From: Chiloscyllium plagiosum
Lineage: Eukaryota
Length of the DNA stretch: 40,046 nt
Reading direction: 5' to 3'
Assembly (NCBI RefSeq): GCF_004010195.1
Contig: NC_057720.1
Coordinates: 14,000,363-14,040,408, forward strand
A model generated the notes under the pieces. That model had not been told where the DNA came from. It made no database searches and saw only the letters and a program-made list of their open reading frames with translations. Positions 35,310 to 40,046 of this stretch are shown here, in pieces (the first letter of the stretch is position 1; each line of letters begins with the position of its first letter). The position numbers and the translations under genes were made by a program.

Positions 35310-35465
35310 AAAGCAAAGCAATATGCCGTGGATGCTGGAAATTAGAAGGAAAGACAGAAGGTGCTGGAGAAACTCAACAGGTCTGACAGCATCCGTGGAG
35401 AGAGAAACTGAATTAACGTTTTGAATCTGATATGACTCTTCTTCAGAACAGAAAGGGGTTGGAAG
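35310..35465 (-). mobile_element. Older Penelope pLTR fragment
   Basis: GGATGCTGGAAAT...GCTGGAGAAACTCAACAGGTCTGACAGCATC; degenerate minus-strand hammerhead CTGAAGAAGAGTC...GATTCAAAACGTT. Confidence 0.72.
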
Positions 35466-35721
35466 GTGATGGTTTTTAATGATGTTGACAAAATGGAAGG
35501 AGGAGCAAGTGGAATTAATGGCGAGGGTGGCCAGAGCAAATGGCAAAGGGGTTTATTCGTGGGGGTGAAGGAGAGATGGAGATGTAAAATGGGTGCAAAT
35601 GAAAGTGTGACAAGGAGGAAGAAAAATCTAAAGATTTGCAGATGCTGGAAATCAGAAGCAAAATCAGAAATTGCTGGTATAACTCAGCAAATCTGGCAGC
35701 ATCTGTGGACAGAAGGCAGAG

Positions 35722-37085
35722 CTGAAAATGTGTTGCTGGAAAAGCACAGCAAGTCAGGCAGCATCCAAGGAGCAGGAGAATCAACGTTTCGGGCATGAGC
35801 CTTTCTTCAGGAATGAGGAAAGTGTGTCCAGCAGGCTAAGATAAAAGGTAGGGAGGAGGGACTTGGGGGAGGGGCGTNNNNNNNNNNNNNNNNNNNNNNN
35901 NNNNNNNNNNNNNNNNNNNNNNNNNNNNNNNNNNNNNNNNNNNNNNNNNNNNNNNNNNNNNNNNNNNNNNNNNNNNNNNNNNNNNNNNNNNNNNNNNNNN
36001 NNNNNNNNNNNNNNNNNNNNNNNNNNNNNNNNNNNNNNNNNNNNNNNNNNNNNNNNNNNNNNNNNNNNNNNNNNNNNNNNNNNNNNNNNNNNNNNNNNNN
36101 NNNNNNNNNNNNNNNNNNNNNNNNNNNNNNNNNNNNNNNNNNNNNNNNNNNNNNNNNNNNNNNNNNNNNNNNNNNNNNNNNNNNNNNNNNNNNNNNNNNN
36201 NNNNNNNNNNNNNNNNNNNNNNNNNNNNNNNNNNNNNNNNNNNNNNNNNNNNNNNNNNNNNNNNNNNNNNNNNNNNNNNNNNNNNNNNNNNNNNNNNNNN
36301 NNNNNNNNNNNNNNNNNNNNNNNNNNNNNNNNNNNNNNNNNNNNNNNNNNNNNNNNNNNNNNNNNNNNNNNNNNNNNNNNNNNNNNNNNNNNNNNNNNNN
36401 NNNNNNNNNNNNNNNNNNNNNNNNNNNNNNNNNNNNNNNNNNNNNNNNNNNNNNNNNNNNNNNNNNNNNNNNNNNNNNNNNNNNNNNNNNNNNNNNNNNN
36501 NNNNNNNNNNNNNNNNNNNNNNNNNNNNNNNNNNNNNNNNNNNNNNNNNNNNNNNNNNNNNNNNNNNNNNNNNNNNNNNNNNNNNNNNNNNNNNNNNNNN
36601 NNNNNNNNNNNNNNNNNNNNNNNNNNNNNNNNNNNNNNNNNNNNNNNNNNNNNNNNNNNNNNNNNNNNNNNNNNNNNNNNNNNNNNNNNNNNNNNNNNNN
36701 NNNNNNNNNNNNNNNNNNNNNNNNNNNNNNNNNTTTCCTCATTTCCCCTCCCCCCACCTTGTCTCAGTCCCAACCCTTGAACTCAGCACCACCTTCCTAA
36801 CCTGCAATCTACTTCCTCACCTCTCCGCCCCCACTCCCACTCCAGCCTATCACCCTCACCTTGACCTCCTTCCACCTATCGCATTTCCAACACCCCTCCC
36901 CCAAGTCCCTCCTCCCTACCTTTTATCTTAGCCTGCTGGACACACTTTCCTCATTCCTGAAGAAGGGCTCATGCCCAAAACGTCGATTCTCCTGCTCCTT
37001 GGATGCTGTCTGACCTGCTGCGCTTTTCCAGCAACACATTTTCAGCTCTGATCTCCAGCATCTGCAGTCCTCACTTTCTTCTTCC
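35722..37085 (+). mobile_element. Younger Penelope-derived inverted-repeat element spanning the gap, 15-bp TSD
   Basis: 35722-35877 is close to the reverse complement of about 36890-37046; GGACAGAAGGCAGAG at 35707-35721 and 37086-37100; hammerhead motifs at 35783-35810 (-) and 36957-36984 (+). Confidence 0.87.
35878..36733. other. Assembly gap (856 N)
   Basis: Run of N. Confidence 1.
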
Positions 37086-37520
37086 GGACAGAAGGCAGAG
37101 TTAACATTTCGGGCCAAGTGACCCTGAACTGAAAGGGATTGCAAGATGATGGTTTTTATGGTGTTGACAGAGGGGAAGGAAGAGCCAGTTCTGAAGGAGT
37201 GTCACTGGACCCGAAATGTTGATTCCACTTTTTTTCTTCACAGATGTTGCCAGACCTGCTAAGTTTCTCCAGCAATTTACAACTTTGCATCTGATTTTGA
37301 AAAGAAGAAAGTAATCTTCTGAGTTGAGAGCAAAGTCATCACAGTATGAACAAGATGACAATGTGTGTGTGTGTCTGTGTATGGGAGGGCGGGTAGCGGG
37401 TGTGAGAGGTGGGAAGGGTAAGTGACTAAGGGGGTCGAGGTTTTAAGAAAAATACGAGGTAATACTCTGCAATTGTGGAAATCAATATTGAGTCCTAGAG
37501 GTTGTAAGATGCCAAGAATT

Positions 37521-37722
37521 TAGAACATAGAACGTAACAGCGCAGTACAGGCCCTTCAGCTCTCGATGTTGCGCCGACCTGTCATATCAATCTGAAGCCC
37601 ATCTAACCTACACTATTCTACGTATGTCCATATGCTTGCCCAATGATGACTTAATGTACTTAAGTTGGCGAATCTACTACCCTTGCAGGCAAAGCATTCC
37701 ATTACCTTACTACTCTCTGAGT
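37521..37722 (-). mobile_element. Short CR1 3' end
   Basis: TAGAACATAGAAC tail, CAGGCCCTTCAGCTCTCGATGTTGCGCCGACC. Confidence 0.88.
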
Positions 37723-37827
37723 AGTAAGCGGAAAATGTTCTGCTTGAAATAACTCTATAGAAGCCAGTTTCCCATTACCAGTTGTTGAGTGGCCTAAGTG
37801 TTACTCATTATAGGATTGGACAGGAAA

Positions 37828-37970
37828 GTGTGGGATCTTGCTGTACACAAATCAGCTGCAGCTTTCCCTATATTACAGCACTGGCTACAGTCCAAAAATA
37901 AATCGTTGGTTTTCATAAAACTTTGTGCAGTCGTAAAGCTGTGAAAGGTGCTTTACACGTGCAGAACTTT
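37828..37970 (+). mobile_element. DeuSINE 3' half
   Basis: GTGGGATCTTGCTGTACACAAATCAGCTGCAGCTTTCCCTATATTACA...GTGAAAGGTGCTTTACACGTGCA. Confidence 0.75.
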
Positions 37971-38774
37971 ATGTGCTTGGAATGTAATCTAAATACTGCC
38001 ATCAGTTTCAGGTACCTGACTTGCTGAAATCGGTCCATTCAATTCACTGTTAGCTGTTGGTTGATCCAACTATCTGAATGTTCATGTGAGGTAAGGGCAG
38101 GAATAAGTTATAAGGTGCCAACAGTGACAGCCTCCAAAAGATACTCAGCATGAATACTACCTTTGAGATAGAATTGGTTCCTTTTTTATCATCCCGCTCT
38201 CTGCCATTTTTACCCCTTCTGTTTTCTTTGACAGATCTATTTATTGGAAAGGTGAATTGTTTTCTAAACTTCAGTCTCAAGTTCTGTGCACTCAGTAAAA
38301 GATGTTACAAACTGAAGCTTCAAGAAAAGTCAGCTTTTCCGAAATATTGTTTTCACTATCTATAATTTGCTTATGCTATCCTAACATTGTTACTGAACAG
38401 ATTGTTTCGACAAATTAACATTGCATTATGGTAGGTAGCAACACATTCACATCAGCCATCAGCACAAAACGCTCAACTTTAAATAAGATGCAATTGACAC
38501 CTAACAGAAATCAGAAATTTATAAAGATAATTTAACAAGTATAATAAAGTTTGCTTTTAGTTCCATGGGTCACTGAGCATCTGTTTTTATTCCCAGGGTT
38601 CTGGGGTTATTTGTGGTTTTCTTGGTGCTACCTACACCATTATAACAGATTCAGGTCTAAATCATGAAGAACAGGAGATTTTAGATAAATACTTAATAGA
38701 AGCTTAGTCAGAAAAAGGCACATTAAATGGCATGACTACATCCTTGGTCAAAGATGGGTTTTCAGGAAGATCTT

Positions 38775-39092
38775 TGTGGTGATTGTAATGAGGTTGCCAA
38801 GTGGACCTCATAGAATATAAATTGCCTATTTGGGGCTGTTATTCTGGGTTTATGCCTGAAATGTCAATTGTCCTACTCCTCGGATGCTGACTGACCTGCT
38901 GTGGTTTTCCAGCGCCACACTTTTTGACTCCAATTAGGGAGCCCTGGCTGATAGATAAGGACAAAAGTGTCAGACATCCTTCTCACTCCCTGCAAGCTGT
39001 CTTTGAGGGAGCTGGATCAGCGTCAAGGACTCTCCCTGTGTTAATAAAGGGTGACTTGATGACGGGATACCGGCCTCTGTGGAATTATTTCA
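38775..39092 (+). mobile_element. Solo LTR of the Gypsy family at 30468-34118, perfect 5-bp TSD
   Basis: TG...CA termini, homologous to both LTRs; ATCTT at 38770-38774 and 39093-39097. Confidence 0.92.
38846..38929 (+). mobile_element. Penelope-derived arm fragment inserted in the solo LTR
   Basis: GGGTTTATGCCTGAAATGTC...CTCCTCGGATGCTGACTGACCTGCTGTGGTTTTCCAGC. Confidence 0.8.
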
Positions 39093-39244
39093 ATCTTACA
39101 GAATGTAAATGAGTTAAAGAAGCAGAGGTTTTGCAAAGGAGCTTGTGAGTTTAAGGCCTAGGCAGCTGAAGACATGTCTGTCAGTGAAAAGTCATGTTCA
39201 AAATGCAAAAGAGTCTAGATTTGAGGAAAACAGCAGGTTGAGGG

Positions 39245-39705
39245 AAGAGATTTACTCGGAGAGGTTGGAGTTATAATGAGAGGTTGGTGAGGTTGGATAT
39301 GCTGGGACTTTATTCCTTGGAGAGGAGGAGACTGAGAGGTTACCTTATAGAGGTCTCTAAAATCAAGAGAGGCATACAGATAAGTAGATAGCCAACAGAT
39401 TTCCCCTGGGTAGGGGAGTCTAAAACTTGAGGGCAGAGGTTTAAGGTGAGAAGGGAGAGATATAAAAGGGTCCAGAGGGGCAATTTGTTCACAGAGAAGC
39501 CGAGGAGTGTCTGAAATGGACTGCCAGAGATAGCGGTGGAAGCGAGTACAATTTTGTCATTTAAAAACCATTTATACAGGTACATGGATGGGATATAGAC
39601 GAAACACAGGCAAATGGGACTAGTTTAATGGTGAAAACTGGGCAGCATGGACAGTTGGGCCAAAGGGCCTGCTTTCATGTTGTAGACCCTTTTTGACTCT
39701 TATGA
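39245..39705 (+). mobile_element. CR1 LINE 3' fragment
   Basis: TTGGAGAGGAGGAGACTGAGAGG...GGTTTAAGGTGAGAAGGGAGAGAT...GGGCCAAAGGGCC. Confidence 0.9.
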
Positions 39706-39873
39706 TTTCAGATTTAAGAGGAAAAAGGCAATGGAGAGAACTGAAACTAAAGAATTTTTAATTGGAAATACAATGGGTCGAGAGGCAATGTCGGGCAATG
39801 AGCAGAAGGATGATGGTTGAAGGGTGTGGTTTGATGAGATTAATGTGAATCCTGATATAACTGATCATATAAT

Positions 39874-40046
39874 TAGAACATAGAACATAGAAGAATACAG
39901 CGCAGTACAGGCCCTTTGGCCCTCGATGTTGCGCCGATCCAAGCCCACCTAACCTATACTAACCCACTATCCTCCATATACCTATCCAATGCCCGCCTAA
40001 ATGCCCATAAAGAGGGAGAGTCCACCACTGCTACAGGCAGGGCATT
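39874..40046 (-). mobile_element. CR1 3' end (runs off window edge)
   Basis: (TAGAACA)n tail, CAGGCCCTTTGGCCCTCGATGTTGCGCCG. Confidence 0.9.

Larger units (their letters stand above)
35625..37300. mobile_element. Older palindromic Penelope-derived element hosting the younger 35722-37085 copy
   Basis: Left arm 35625-35721 resumes at 37086 (GTTAACATTTCGGGCC); inverted arm at 37190-37297. Confidence 0.72.
38700..39830 (-). mobile_element. Old L2-like LINE fragment hosting a solo LTR and a CR1
   Basis: CTTGGTCAAAGATGGGTTTTCAGGA and GGCCTAGGCAGCTGAAG resemble antisense L2 3' regions; boundaries approximate. Confidence 0.5.

Noticed and set aside
35781..36780. Three 305-330 aa ORFs
   Set aside because: Artefacts of translating through the N gap

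Overview
Non-coding, repeat-dense vertebrate DNA, almost certainly from a shark or ray (HE1-type V-SINEs, SacSINE1/Deu-type SINEs and abundant CR1 LINEs). I found no supportable host protein-coding exon, RNA gene or CRISPR array. All recognisable ORFs in the track are decayed retroelement fragments. Main contents: (1) a full-length but decayed CR1 LINE (24788-29613, minus) with a zinc-finger/SGNH-esterase ORF1 and a nested second CR1; (2) a Gypsy LTR element lacking its RT core (30468-34118) plus a solo LTR of the same family; (3) a Penelope GIY-YIG fragment; (4) several short, palindromic Penelope-derived insertions with 14-17 bp target-site duplications and minimal hammerhead-ribozyme motifs; (5) two Tigger/pogo-like MITEs; (6) many SINE and CR1 3' fragments, often nested several layers deep; (7) an 856-nt assembly gap; (8) a few TE-poor, CpG-retaining islands that may be regulatory. 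The hammerhead-bearing mini-palindromes are the most interesting signal, but they extend known Penelope biology rather than clearly showing a new system. All family assignments were made by eye from recalled consensus motifs, and coordinates of degenerate copies are approximate.
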